A DNA stretch of 64,000 nt from Longimicrobiales bacterium (GCA_963664435.2 CAXXKM010000002.1:768001-832000), one strand, 5' to 3'; counted from the stretch's first letter, positions 52,233 to 62,949 are shown. The notes: generated by a model not told the origin, from the sequence alone. Translations and numbers: made by a program.

Positions 52233-52987
52233 TGACGCAAACGGGCAGGGAATCGGTTGGGACCGCCCATATCCTGCCGTTGCCGCCGTGGAATTCCTGA
52301 TAGACGCATGCGTGCAGGACGAATCCTGACTTGAGCCAAAGGGTGTCACAGACACCTAACAGGTCGTTGGCCGGACCATGGGCAATGACGCGCTCTCGCC
52401 GTGCCACCAGCCGGAGCCCTTGTCGGGGATTTCCCTCGCCTTTACGGCAGCCTGACGAAGGCGATTGACCCGCGTGATGGGAAAGAAAGTGGTCTTCATC
52501 GGCCTTGGTGACTCCTCCCCTCGCTTGGCCCCGAAGGAGCCGCATACCTTCCCGACTGGCCGCGCTTGGCGTCCGTGAGGCTGGCGACCACGAGGCCGGC
52601 GAACCTGCCCGCGACGGCCCCTCCCCCTGACCCCTCAGCCGCTCCCCGCGTTTCAAGCTCATCTCTGGGGTGAGAAGTCTCGGATCTCCCCTGCTCGCAC
52701 CGAACCAGCGTATCGCTTGCGTGCTCGTAGCGTCGGTTGACGAACTGGAAGAATAGCATGGCGCCGCTGCGAGTGACCGTTAGATGGCCGATCTCGCTAG
52801 CGATCAGGAGTCGCGCCGGTCGCATGCCCGTCGTGATCGTAGACGAACATGGAGATGCCGCCCTGGGTGACCGATTCCGGGGTAACCTATGCTGGTGGCC
52901 GGGACGGGATAGCGCGCTTGTCCCAACCGCAGTTGGAGGTTGATGTGGTTCCCGATATCCTGCCTCGCGGCCGAAACCCTCACGTTA
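52233..52987. repeat. Copy 1 of a long direct repeat (copy 2 at 62291-62851)
   Basis: Near-identical sequence; copy 1 has an extra ~192 bp flanked by TCGCTTG repeats. Confidence 0.92.
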
Positions 52988-53012
52988 ACGTCAGGGTTCT
53001 CGCATTGTCGCC

Positions 53013-54150
53013 TCAGTTGGGCATCATCCGTCCCATGGCGGTCATCGGATCCAGCACCTCGTAGCTCCCCCCATCCTCATGGGGGCGCCTCCAAGGAAGA
53101 GCCTCGCTCCCAGGGACAGCACCCAGAACGACGAGTCTGCCCCGGGAAACTCGCCTCGCGGCAGATTGCCTCTTTCGGCGCGAACCCGGTGATACTGCAC
53201 TTCCAGTAAGGGGCGCAGACTCACTGGATCCGAGGTCAGCTGCCGGGCGTAGGCCGCCGTGGCGATGAGCCATCGCGTCGCGCCGGTCACGTGCGCGTCG
53301 TGATCGTAGCGGAAAAAAGTCGTCCGAGCCGGCCGGCCCCATCCGCGCATACTCGGGACGCGTCGCGGATTCCAGCCGCAGATAGGGCTGGTGACGGTTC
53401 GCGTCGTAGCGCATCTCCGCGAGGAGGCTCGTGTATCCGTCGGAGTCTTCGGGAACGCTGCGCGAGGCTTCGGCCAACCCGTAGAGCATCCCCGGGGCGG
53501 CCGGCCCGGAACGACGCAGCACCGCGTTCAGCAGCCTGGTGGTCTCCTCGTGGCCATGGTGTGACTCGGTGACGCGCGCGTGGGAGACGGAGGCTTCCCA
53601 CTCGGTGGCGGCACCGGCCCCCGATGTCCATCTCCGCGTCATCCGGCCCGACCAGGAGTCGGGGCAACCAGCGACAACCCTCCGCCGGCGATCTCCCAGA
53701 GGTTCCAGCTGAGCATCGCCTCGTGAAGGAGCGTGTGCGGATGCCGTTTGTCGATGAAGCCTTCTCCCCAACCGCCGTAGGTGAGCTCACCGCTTCCCAG
53801 GGTCACCCCCTCGAAGTTGAGCGTCGTGCGGAGGACAAGCCCGCGGGACGGGCTCTCCAGGTTCGCCATCAGGGCCGGCTGGGTCAGATACCACTCGGTG
53901 CGGCGAGCTCTCCGCCGTTCCCGTTGTCCGGGCCTCCGGTGGTGACCACGGGAAAGACCTGGCCCATCCCGACGACGTGCCAGTCGCCCAGCGGGAGCCG
54001 GAACATCCGGTGCTGCATCCGGTGTTGCGCTTCGGGCTCCATCGCGTGGTCCATCTGTTGCGCGGGCGCCTGCCGCGGGAGGAGGAGCAGGAAAAGGCCT
54101 GCTGACGTGACGACGGCGCGGGCGGTCGCCACGGGTCGGTGCATGTGCAT
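53013..54150 (-). pseudogene. Fragmented outer-membrane beta-barrel gene with Met/His-rich N-terminus
   Basis: Pieces in several frames: signal + MDHAM..., GEGFIDKRHPHTLLHEAM, FWVLSLGARLFLG. Confidence 0.6.
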
Positions 54151-54211
54151 GAGTACCTCGCCATTGGGAAAAACATCCGAGAGAGACGCCCGGGACGGGC
54201 GCTACTGAGGC

Positions 54212-54563
54212 TCAGATGTCGTGGCGAGGCGGAGGGGGATCGACGCTCGATGCGACGATGGAGGGGGCCTGCTGGACGAACGGGCCAGCCTGGAAGGCGA
54301 CCCCGGGGAACGATCGGATGTCAGCTCGGCGCAACGGTTCACCCGAGGTGACGGCGCAGGCCAACATCATCGCGCACTCTCCATGCTCGGAAACTTCGTG
54401 CTGATGGGAGTGGGAAGACTCTCCGCCCGTGGGATGCGGGGCTCCGGGGTGGTGTGCCGTCGGGGCTTCCTGGATCATCGATTCGCCCGTGGCGCAGCGG
54501 ATCGCGGCGACAATGGGACCAAGAGAGGGCCAAGAAGGCGAGGAGGGCGATGGGGCGGTTCAT
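54212..54563 (-). pseudogene. His/Cys-rich small protein (DUF2946-like), frameshifted
   Basis: MNRPIALLAF..., HSHQHE..ECAMMLAC, C-terminal DPPPPR. Confidence 0.5.
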
Positions 54564-54626
54564 GGGGGAAGATGCGGGGGAGGGGTGGGGGGGACAAGTT
54601 TCCGCCGGGGTCGGGTTCAGCAGCAG

Positions 54627-54766
54627 GGCCGATCTGGACGCGATTGATCACACAGCTGAAGTCTGCGGATATCGAGGTCAGGCACGAAAGCAAGATGGAG
54701 GGCATCGCCCGCTTCGCCCGCATCCACGACCCCGAAGGAAACGCAATCGAGCTTCGGGAGCCTGTG
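54627..54766 (+). pseudogene. 3' fragment of the VOC gene
   Basis: Paralogue of 48330-48468. Confidence 0.85.
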
Positions 54767-54947
54767 TCCTTAGAGGCAACCATCGAAACTAGCTTGGGGA
54801 ACTGGACGGGGCCGACTCGTGGCGGTGCACTGCAGGAGTATTTCGGTGCTCTGCGGGAGATGCGGTCCAAATGACTACTTTTCCCGGCGATAAGCCGTCA
54901 CCATGAGCGCATCCGGGCCGCCGTCTGGCTTCGGATGCGCCGCCGCA

Positions 54948-55045
54948 TGTCAATTGCCGTTGAAAACGTCCCGCTTACGGTCATCGAGAATGTCCCACTC
55001 TTGGAGCCGCTCCGCGGAGGAACCGGAGCCATCGGAGCGGGGCGG
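54948..55045. mobile_element. Orphan IS21-like terminus
   Basis: TGTCAATTGCC with internal AA(C/T)GTCCC repeats; downstream GCTCCG.GGAGG..CGGAGCGGGGCG shared with the end at 56041. Confidence 0.55.
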
Positions 55046-55473
55046 CTGGCGGATGCCTATGAACACTCGCCGTCCTGGCGGATCGCGAAGCTGCGGCTGA
55101 TGGCGGGGGGATGAGGGGGCCCTTCGGCTCAGTGCCTCCGAAGACGCCCCCTTCCAGGCTCCATCCCCCAAGACGCCAGATCGCGTTCACGGTCCAGCGC
55201 TCGAGGAGCTGCGAGAGATGATGGTTCGTGGGATACTTGAGCCCGGGGGCGGGACCTGGGATCGTCGGTGCCGTAGGGAGGACCGGAGCGAACTACGACA
55301 CCGGCGAAACCAAGCCGGGACGGGCGCTACCGGAGGCTCAGATGTCGTGGCGAATCCTGATTGACATGGCCCGTTGTCTACAGGAATGCTTGTACAAACT
55401 AGGTGTCGCGCTTTGACCCCAGTGCCACGTACATTCCCGATCCTGCCTCGCTAAGTGCGCGTGCGGAAGGCCC

Positions 55474-55824
55474 CTAGCCGTTACAGGGCGTAGCGTAGTT
55501 GTCTAGGAGGTCGCTTTCCTCGGCAAGCCGACTGCTCTTGCTTGAGTTTGTGTGGGCGTGGAAATGCGTGGCCTCGCTTCGCTTGATGCAATAGCCCTTG
55601 TGGTGGCTGTCGGTGTCGGAGCGTTCCTTGAGGTTGCCCTGCCCGATGTAGACGGGGCTCCAAATCGTTGTGCCCCTCTCGTCAACGTGGCTGACGCGTG
55701 TATAGACGTAGTTGCCATCCACATCGCGCATCGACGTTCCTATCGGGTGGATGAAGTAAACGTACCGCGTACCGCTCCTGCCGTACCATTCGCATGTAGG
55801 TGTCTTGTCGGTCATCCTCTTCAT
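55474..55824 (-). CDS. Small GIY-YIG-like protein
   Basis: GNYVY...VYIGQ..L.ER...E..L...PCN. Confidence 0.6.
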   Translation of the reverse strand: MKRMTDKTPTCEWYGRSGTRYVYFIHPIGTSMRDVDGNYVYTRVSHVDERGTTIWSPVYIGQGNLKERSDTDSHHKGYCIKRSEATHFHAHTNSSKSSRLAEESDLLDNYATPCNG

Positions 55825-56040
55825 CGCTTGTTTGCGCCGTGGCGCGTGGTCCGTTCCAAGTCCCCCACGAACTGGCTGCGTGCCCGTTTTGTCAACCCCT
55901 GGATTGGGACGTCACATCATGGCGTCATCGATGTCAGCGCGTATTACGTTTTCCGGGTATTCGTGAACTTACCGCAGGCGTCACAGGCGACGGTCCACGA
56001 GTCGTTGCCACGGTTGCAGCTCTCGCCGCTGGCTATCCTG

Positions 56041-56490
56041 TGTCAATGGCCATCCAAGATCTGACACTTTTCGGGACGCTCCGTGGAGGGAGCGTAGCGA
56101 CCGGAGCGGGGCGTCCCGGGAGGATCCGATGGGCGGGCATCACTGGGGTCCCGTGTGCTTGGAGCGCTCCGCCGAGACGGCTCGGACGGCGGTCGGATGG
56201 ATGGCCTTGGAGATTTCGGTGTGGCGGCGCATCCGATAGCTGTTGCCCCGGATGTTGACGATGTGACAGCGGTGGAGGAGCCGGTCCAGCAGGGCGGCGG
56301 CCATCACCTCGTCGTGCAAGATCTCGCCCCAGCGCTCGAAGCCCTGGTTCGAGGTCAGCACGGTCGAGGCACGCTCGTAGCGTCGGTTGACGAGCTGGAA
56401 GAAGAGGATCACGCCGCTGCGGGCGACCGGGAGGTAGCCGATCTCGTCCACGACCAGGAGCGCCGGATGGGTCAGGGTCTTGAGGCAGCT
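56041..56490 (-). mobile_element. istB: IS21-family remnant: right end plus istB 3' part
   Basis: LLVVDEIGY...FFQLVNRRYE...TSN...LDRLLH...GNSYR; TGTCAATGG terminus at 56041. Confidence 0.88.
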
Positions 56491-56762
56491 GCCTGGACGA
56501 GGAGGCAGTGAGCTACCGGACGAGGAGCCCCCGTCGCGCAGGGATTTCACCTTCTTCTGCGGAGGATTCCGCTACGTCAACTGCGTCCCCCGCATTCCCC
56601 CGCAGGATGGTGGCTAGCTTTTCATGCGCTCTCATCCCGTCTACTCGGTGTGGCCGAGCTCGCCGCCGTCCCCGTTGTCCGGGCCTCCGGTGGTGACCAC
56701 CGGGAAAGGCCGCTGCTCGTTCCGGGAGCCGGTGTTACCTTCGGGGGACACAAGAAAGGCCC

Positions 56763-57134
56763 GTGATGGAGCCACCCGCCACGGGTCGGGACATCACCCC
56801 TTGCCATCAGGAGGCGATGGCCATGAGTATCAACCGCGAGCAGCGTTCTCCTCTGGAGCCGCGTGACCTCGATTCTCTGCTAAAACAGCTTCGTTTTCGT
56901 CACCGAGAGATTCAAGCCGAGTGGCATGAGCACGACCACGCTCTTGAATTACCCGATTCTCCGCTAGAGCTGGACGACCCTCGGCTAGCTGCTCATGCGC
57001 GGCGGTCGCGAAAGTATCTAGACGAGGTTTCTGAGATCGAAGATCGGATGGAAGCGCTCGAGGCTCGGAGGCAATCCCGGACATCGTCGGGAACCTTACT
57101 GAAATCGGGCGGCGTAGCTACTCATCCAGGCTAA
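56763..57134 (+). CDS. Hypothetical helical protein (start probably 56817-56823)
   Basis: AGGAGG before ATG; coiled-coil-like composition. Confidence 0.5.
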   Translation: MMEPPATGRDITPCHQEAMAMSINREQRSPLEPRDLDSLLKQLRFRHREIQAEWHEHDHALELPDSPLELDDPRLAAHARRSRKYLDEVSEIEDRMEALEARRQSRTSSGTLLKSGGVATHPG

Positions 57135-57177
57135 CCCTCTCCCGGTAGTTCCCGCAGCCCACTTCTCGACACCGCCA

Positions 57178-57930
57178 TTGAACCTCGCAACTTGGATACA
57201 GACGTTGGCGGCCGTAGTCGGAACATGGCTGACCGTGATGCTCTACTACCGTCCCCAGCGCGAAAGGCTGGGTGTGACCATGACGCTAGGACCCCATGGC
57301 TTTCAAGGCACGGTGGTGAACACGAGCGTGGCGGCCTATGCCGTTCTCACCCGCATCGACTTCACGACAGGTCGCTACAGGAAGCCAGCTCTGTCCAGCG
57401 CGCCATTCCGTGAGGAGGTATCACCGAACGGATTATTCAGATTGCGACAAGAACAGAAAAATCTCCATGTTCTCATCAGGCCAGAAGACAGGGAGCTGAA
57501 GTGGGTGATCGTCCGAACACAACGAGGCAACTCGTTTCGAGCACGGCTCAAGCACGAGAAGCGGGTGTTGTTCAAGAGACAACGCGGGCGATGCGGGAAA
57601 TGTGGCACCGAGTGCTGGTACGCTGACTCGGTTTTTCGGGAGACGGTGACGAAGCAAGAGCAGCACATGGCGTCCCGGTGGGACCTCGTATGCAGTCGAT
57701 GCCGCGAAGACAACGGTGACCCCTTAGCGTTAGAGATGCGCCGGATCCGCGAGCGTCGCGCTGAACGCCGCATTGGTAGCCGATACGGCATCAAGGACAT
57801 TGCATGGAGGATTGGCGGAACGACGAAACGGATTCCGCGTGAAGTAGACAGGCTGCAGGAACGCATCTCCAAACTCGAAGCCGAGAACCGTAGGCTTCGC
57901 GATGACATGAGGACCCTCGCCCTCCTTTAG
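57178..57930 (+). CDS. TM-anchored protein with HNH-like zinc finger and coiled coil
   Basis: N-terminal TM; RQRGRCGKCG...LVCSRC. Confidence 0.6.
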   Translation: MNLATWIQTLAAVVGTWLTVMLYYRPQRERLGVTMTLGPHGFQGTVVNTSVAAYAVLTRIDFTTGRYRKPALSSAPFREEVSPNGLFRLRQEQKNLHVLIRPEDRELKWVIVRTQRGNSFRARLKHEKRVLFKRQRGRCGKCGTECWYADSVFRETVTKQEQHMASRWDLVCSRCREDNGDPLALEMRRIRERRAERRIGSRYGIKDIAWRIGGTTKRIPREVDRLQERISKLEAENRRLRDDMRTLALL

Positions 57931-58152
57931 ACTCGAGTCAGCGACTTAGTTCCCATCAGAAAGGCCATTCGAGGGCCGGTCGAAGAGAAGGAGCCAAAGT
58001 TGGCGACGACGCCTTGGCAGAGATCGCCGAGCAGACGGAAGGCCATATAGTGCCCTTGATGTCCCTGGACAATAGTCTAGCAACCGTTCTGGGGTACAGG
58101 AGGCTCGGCGAGAACCACTGAGAGGTAGCCTGTACCAGGCCGATCGCACAGA

Positions 58153-58378
58153 GACCACTATTGCTTCGAGCGGGGCGCGCTCAAGGACTCCGGCGGTGAC
58201 GGCTGGGCGGACGTGTGGAAGCGTCACTGCTTCGCGTGGGAGTACAAGGGGAAGCGTGCAATCCTCGGTGCCGCGTTCGATCAGCTTAGGCAGTACGCGC
58301 TCGCCCGGGAGAGCCCGCGCCTGCTGATCGTCTCGGACATGAAGCGTTTCCGGATTCGGACGAACTGGACCAACGATG
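58153..58378 (+). pseudogene. Fragment of an MmeI-like type IIL/IIG R-M gene
   Basis: YCFERGA..GGDGWADVWKRHCFAWEYKGK...QLRQYA...LLIVSD..FRIRTNWTN. Confidence 0.8.
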
Positions 58379-58457
58379 CTGGCGAGGGTCTTTGGTGCTG
58401 AGTAGATCATGCCTATCATACCAATAGCAGAATGCGCGCACCGATGCGGGTTAGGGC

Positions 58458-59366
58458 GTGCCGAGACGCTTGGAGGATCGACAGCAGGGGGCCGAACCCA
58501 TGGTTGGACAGGATCGAGAACTTGTAGGCCCGGAACCCAGGGATGGCGGCGGGAGTGGCGATCATGCCAATACATGGAAGCAACTGAAAGGCGACACGCT
58601 ACTTGAGGAGGCCAACGCCCTCGCGCTGTACGTCGGACGTCACGGGAAACGGTTGTTCACCGAGGACGCGGGCGACACCACCAATGATCCATGCGATGCG
58701 CTGCTCGCAGCGATCGCAGAGGCCACGTCATCGCCCTCGGCGTCAAGCTGGAAGACGCTGATGCGCACGTACGCAAGCGTCTCAAGCGTGACCTACGAGA
58801 AGCACGGCGTGAACGGGCGTAGCGTCCTCGACACCGCCAATGTTCGACAGTCGCGTCTTTGGAGCGTTTCCCGGTTGGGTGAATGGTGGAGGGGCGCCCA
58901 AAGGTATCGTCCTTTAGTGATCGGGGTCACCTTGTTCTTGGCGGCCTTGGTCGCCCACGCCGCACCACACCTCAGCGCCCAACAATCCGCTGGCTTCGGG
59001 ATGAATCTCTTGCGCGTGCTGAACCCTTTGCTCGTCCCCGCACTTTGGGGAGGTATCGGCGCTTGCACGTTCCTCGCCAAGCACCTCTCGAACAAGCTCT
59101 CTGAGCAGGCGTACGAGCGGGCACGACAGCAGGGGGATATCGTGCGCATCTTCCTCGGCGCGATGATCGGCGTGTTCGCCGTCGTGGTCTTGACGGACTT
59201 CGGTTCGTCGGTCGGAGTGCCGAGTGACACGAACGAGGGCAGCTCGGCTCCGCTCGCGATGGGTGCCGTCGTGATCGCGTTCGCTTCAGGTCTCGCCGTG
59301 AAGCCGATCTATGCCGCCATCGAGAGTCTGGCCAATACGTTGGCGAGTCGGCTCGGCCGCAACTAA
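58458..59366 (+). CDS. Membrane protein, soluble N-terminus plus 4 TM
   Basis: WGGIGAC, RIFLGAMIG, IAFASG segments. Confidence 0.7.
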   Translation: MPRRLEDRQQGAEPMVGQDRELVGPEPRDGGGSGDHANTWKQLKGDTLLEEANALALYVGRHGKRLFTEDAGDTTNDPCDALLAAIAEATSSPSASSWKTLMRTYASVSSVTYEKHGVNGRSVLDTANVRQSRLWSVSRLGEWWRGAQRYRPLVIGVTLFLAALVAHAAPHLSAQQSAGFGMNLLRVLNPLLVPALWGGIGACTFLAKHLSNKLSEQAYERARQQGDIVRIFLGAMIGVFAVVVLTDFGSSVGVPSDTNEGSSAPLAMGAVVIAFASGLAVKPIYAAIESLANTLASRLGRN

Positions 59367-59499
59367 ACGTGGCCGCGAAGCACGCACCCGCCACCGCCTT
59401 CCCGCGCAGGGATCGCCGGTCTGGAAGCGACCCAAGGGGGCGGGGACAGGGGTGCGCAAGCCCACCTATCCCCGAATCCGTACCAGGCCTTCGGATTGG

Positions 59500-59930
59500 G
59501 GGGTTGCTCCCTGCGCGTCGCCCTGAGAGTCGCAAGAACCAGTTGGCGTCCGTCCCATCAACCGAGAGCCTCACTTGCCGCCCATCATCGACATCGCAAA
59601 ACGTCGAATCGTTGAGCGCCCACAAGATCGCTCTATCGTCGCTCCAGGAAAGCGCCAGCCCTCGCCCCTCCAGCGCCACCTCGAACGCAATCCCCAACTC
59701 GGCCGCCACATACGTCCCGGGGTATCACTCCAACACGTCGGCGGCGAGATCGACGGGCACTAACTCCCTGTGCCGAGGCCGGACCATCCGTACGCATCCG
59801 CCACGGTCATCGCGATCTCGATCGCCAGCTCGGACCCGGAATCGGAGTTCGTCATTGCGAAAACGCCGTCGTCGCCGTCGATGTGCGCCATGAACGTGGA
59901 ACGGCATTCCGAGCCGGCGCCGCGTTCGAA
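59500..59930 (-). pseudogene. 3' remnant of a serine hydrolase/beta-lactamase-family gene
   Basis: GVFAMTNSDSGSELAIEIAMTVADAYGW, then (shifted) L..Y.GTY; internal stop. Confidence 0.5.
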
Positions 59931-59996
59931 GGCCTGATGGGTGCCGACTCTGGCTACGAGGCCGTGCGCACCTACATCGACGCGCAGCTCGACTGG

Positions 59997-60482
59997 TCAG
60001 CTACGGTTGATCTGGTGCCAAATGCGCTCTAGATGCTCCTTTGGGTCTTCGGAGGACGTTTCCTCCAACGGAACATCTATCCGGGTCCTTGCCTTGTGCC
60101 AAATCGTTTCCTCGGCCCGGAGACTACGAACAATGGACAGGATGCGTCGCTCGCTCTTCTTGTTCCTTAGGAGCGCCTCTCGCAAATCTCTGAGATCCTT
60201 CCCGCGCTCGGGTAACTCGGAGCTCACAAGTTCCAAGAACCGATCCCGGTACCACTCGCCAGACAGCTTCTTCAGACAGATCGCGATGATGCGCCAGATC
60301 GCGTAGACAAGGCCGAACACACCCAGGAACACCGTGATGGATGGTGCCCCGATCCATTCCCAGCGGGCGTCGGCGAGAGTACTCACGGTAGCCAGGAGCA
60401 GCGGGATCATCAGGTCCAGCCGGTCGCCCCGCTTGCCCTTGATGATGTTCGCCAGATCGTCGTAGATCGCCACTACATGCAC
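59997..60482 (-). CDS. 2-TM hypothetical protein (5' end abuts the IS fragment)
   Basis: Two hydrophobic segments plus charged tail. Confidence 0.5.
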   Translation of the reverse strand: MHVVAIYDDLANIIKGKRGDRLDLMIPLLLATVSTLADARWEWIGAPSITVFLGVFGLVYAIWRIIAICLKKLSGEWYRDRFLELVSSELPERGKDLRDLREALLRNKKSERRILSIVRSLRAEETIWHKARTRIDVPLEETSSEDPKEHLERIWHQINRS

Positions 60483-60503
60483 CCGCTGTGAAGGCCAAGA
60501 AGG

Positions 60504-60610
60504 TTGAAACTAACGCCTGCGGGGCGACCCCTGTTGGTCTGCCGCATACTCGAGGAAGGCCAAGCGCCCGAGGAGGTTGGCCGAGCAGAGGACGTGAGCT
60601 GGCGGACGGG
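60504..60610 (+). mobile_element. IS481-like transposase N-terminal fragment
   Basis: KLTPAGR.LLV.RILEEG....VS.RT. Confidence 0.6.
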
Positions 60611-60938
60611 AGGTAGATCGCGCGCGGCGACGGCACGGGCGGTCGCCACGGGTCGGTGCATGTGCATGAATACCTCGCATGAGGCAGGATGCCGGTGGCG
60701 GGTGGGTGGGGAGGGGTGGTGCTGGGGTTCGGGTTGGCATCCGGCTAACCGGCGAGGACCTCAAGGGCGGCTTGGGCCGGATTCGAGTTGCGAGCCGGAG
60801 TAGCCCTCGGTGGACCCGCAATTGGCGTCCACGTAGATTGCTCGCCATGCCCGCCGAAGGACACCCGCTTCCAGGTTCCTTTTCCAGGCTCCATCCGGCA
60901 AGACGCCAGATCCCGTCCCGAGCGAAGGATGGTCTCCG

Positions 60939-61814
60939 ATGAGTGAAGGCGTCTCGGCGGCGGCGCGTTTGCTCCATCGCCAACGCCTCCTTCTTTCTCT
61001 CCTGCGCGCCTTTGGGGGAGAGATGCGGGACCGCGACTTCCAGCGCCTCCTGTTCGACTACAGCCGCCGGTGCCGCGAGCGAGGCGTTGACCCACCGTAT
61101 GACTTTGTCGCCCGGGAGTACGGTCCTCGTTCCATTACCGCCGCAGCGGACCGGGACAGGCTCGCGCGACACGGGCTTCTCACCTCCGGTGTCTGGCGTC
61201 TCACCGAGGAAGGGCATCGGCTCGCGGGTAAGCTCGAGAACCGCGATGTGGCCGTTTTCGCGGCCCGTCAAGGGAGGCGAAATGACGCTTCCGGGGCCGG
61301 TGTGGAGGACCAGACCTCAGTCGGCGATCACGACCCCGGCGAAGCTGCCGAAGACAACGGCAGCTCGAACGGCGGCCTTCTCGCAACGATCGGCTACGAG
61401 CGACGAAGCTACGAGGCCTACTTCAACCAGCTGCTCGGGGTGGGAGTCTCGCGTCTCTGCGATGTGCGCCGGAACCCATTCAGTCGGAAATGGGGATTCT
61501 CGAAGCGACTTCTCTCCCAGAGCTGTGAGGAGCTGGGCATCCGGTATGAGCCCTTTCCGGAACTGGGTATCGCATCCAGGCACCGTGCCGGTCTCAGCGA
61601 CCGGGCATCCTACAAACGCCTCTTTGCCCGCTACGAAGCCACAACCCTGCCGCGCTGTAGGGGCGCCGTGGCACGAATCGCCGGATGGATCGACGCGGGA
61701 GAACGAGTGGCGATCACCTGCTATGAACGCGATTCGCGGGACTGTCATCGTTCCCGTCTCGCTGCGGCCATCGTCAAGAGCGCCTCCAGGTCCCTCACGC
61801 CGAGACACCTGTAG
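60939..61814 (+). CDS. DUF488 family protein with N-terminal extension
   Basis: FQRLLF..YDFV..YGP.S; TIGYE, DVRRNPFSRKWGFSK, CYE....CHR. Confidence 0.88.
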   Translation: MSEGVSAAARLLHRQRLLLSLLRAFGGEMRDRDFQRLLFDYSRRCRERGVDPPYDFVAREYGPRSITAAADRDRLARHGLLTSGVWRLTEEGHRLAGKLENRDVAVFAARQGRRNDASGAGVEDQTSVGDHDPGEAAEDNGSSNGGLLATIGYERRSYEAYFNQLLGVGVSRLCDVRRNPFSRKWGFSKRLLSQSCEELGIRYEPFPELGIASRHRAGLSDRASYKRLFARYEATTLPRCRGAVARIAGWIDAGERVAITCYERDSRDCHRSRLAAAIVKSASRSLTPRHL

Positions 61815-61843
61815 GACGGCATAGCCCCCAGCCGACTGATCGC

Positions 61844-62556
61844 TCAGAAGACGAACCCCCGTGTTGCGGTCTTGCCCACATAACTGCCGGTGGGATACCT
61901 GTCCGTGACCCGGTAGACGTTTCCTCCAGCGATAGGATTGTAGGCGTGTAGAACGACCTCCGTGGCAGTTCCTGTCTCCACAAACGTCGGTGCCCATCTG
62001 TCAGGAACCGGGGCGTGCCACGTCCAATTCCCGACGGGTGCGTCCCCGGTCTCCGGTCGCTCGCTACCCGAGACATCCGGGTCGTCGGCCTGCCGTGGAG
62101 GCTCTGAGAGAATCGTATGAACGCTCCAGTCCAAGCCGTGCCAATATGCCCCGAATTCAGCTGCCTCGCGCGACAAGATCGAAGCAGACAGGTAGGACCA
62201 GGGACTCCCGTCACCCTCTATTGCCTCCATGAGCGGGACGGCTCCCGGAGGACGCTTCATCCACTCTCTTTCGAGATTGGGATGCCCGCCTGACGCAACG
62301 GGCAGGGAATCGGTTGGGACCGCCCATATCCTTCCGTTGCCGCCGAGGAATTCCTGATGGACGCATGCGTGCAGGACGAATCCTGACTTGAGCCAAAGGG
62401 TGTCGAAGACACCGAACAGGTCGTTGGCCGGACCGTGGGCCATCGACGCGCTCTCGCCGTGCCACCAGCCCGAGCCCTTGTCGGGGATTTCCTGGCCTTT
62501 ACGGCAGACTGACGAAGGCGATTGACCCGCTTGATGGGAAGGAGAGTGGTCTTCAT
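61844..62556 (-). pseudogene. Conserved-looking hypothetical gene with a single-base frameshift near 62490
   Basis: MKTTLLPIKR... joins EIPDKG...EFGAYWHG if the G present in copy 1 (52434-52440) is restored. Confidence 0.6.
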
Positions 62557-62851
62557 CGGCCTTGGTGACTCCTCCCCTCGCTGCGTGCTCGTAGCGTCGG
62601 TTGACGAACTGGAAGAATAGCATGGTGCCGCTGCGAGTGACCAGCAGATAGCGGATCTCGTTAACGATCAGGAGTCGCGCCGGTCGCATGCCCGTCGTGA
62701 TCGTAGACGAACATGGAGATGCCGCCCTGGGTGACCGATTCCGGGGTAACCTATGCTGGTGGCCGGGACGGGATAGCGCGCTTGTCCCAACCGCAGTTGG
62801 AGGTTGATGTGGTTCCCGATATCCTGCCTCGCGGCCGAAACCCTAACGTTA
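62291..62851. repeat. Copy 2 of the long direct repeat (includes istB and VOC scraps)
   Basis: Matches 52233-52987. Confidence 0.92.
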
Positions 62852-62860
62852 CGGCATGCG

Positions 62861-62940
62861 GCATCATGTTTGTATCTTTCTGTGGTCGTTAGAGTTACAG
62901 GATTGTCAGGCCGGATTCCCGCTGTTTGACTCCCGCCGAA
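62861..62940 (-). mobile_element. Putative element terminus of integrase 2
   Basis: Minus strand: GCGGGAGTC-N5-GCGGGAATCCGGCC, then 48 nt ending AAACATGATGC. Confidence 0.6.
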
Positions 62941-62949
62941 TCGCGAACC

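Noticed and set aside
52390..52500. HicA-like toxin (DKGSG motif)
   Set aside because: It is the 5' part of the longer hypothetical gene at 61844-62556
54948..55366. MITE bounded by TGTCAAT...ATTGACA
   Set aside because: Only 7 bp of inverted match and no target duplication; TTGACA may simply be a -35 box
48000..62900. Classical integron
   Set aside because: No recurring RYYYAAC...GTTRRRY attC hairpins seen after the genes, and the integrase does not show an IntI-type signature
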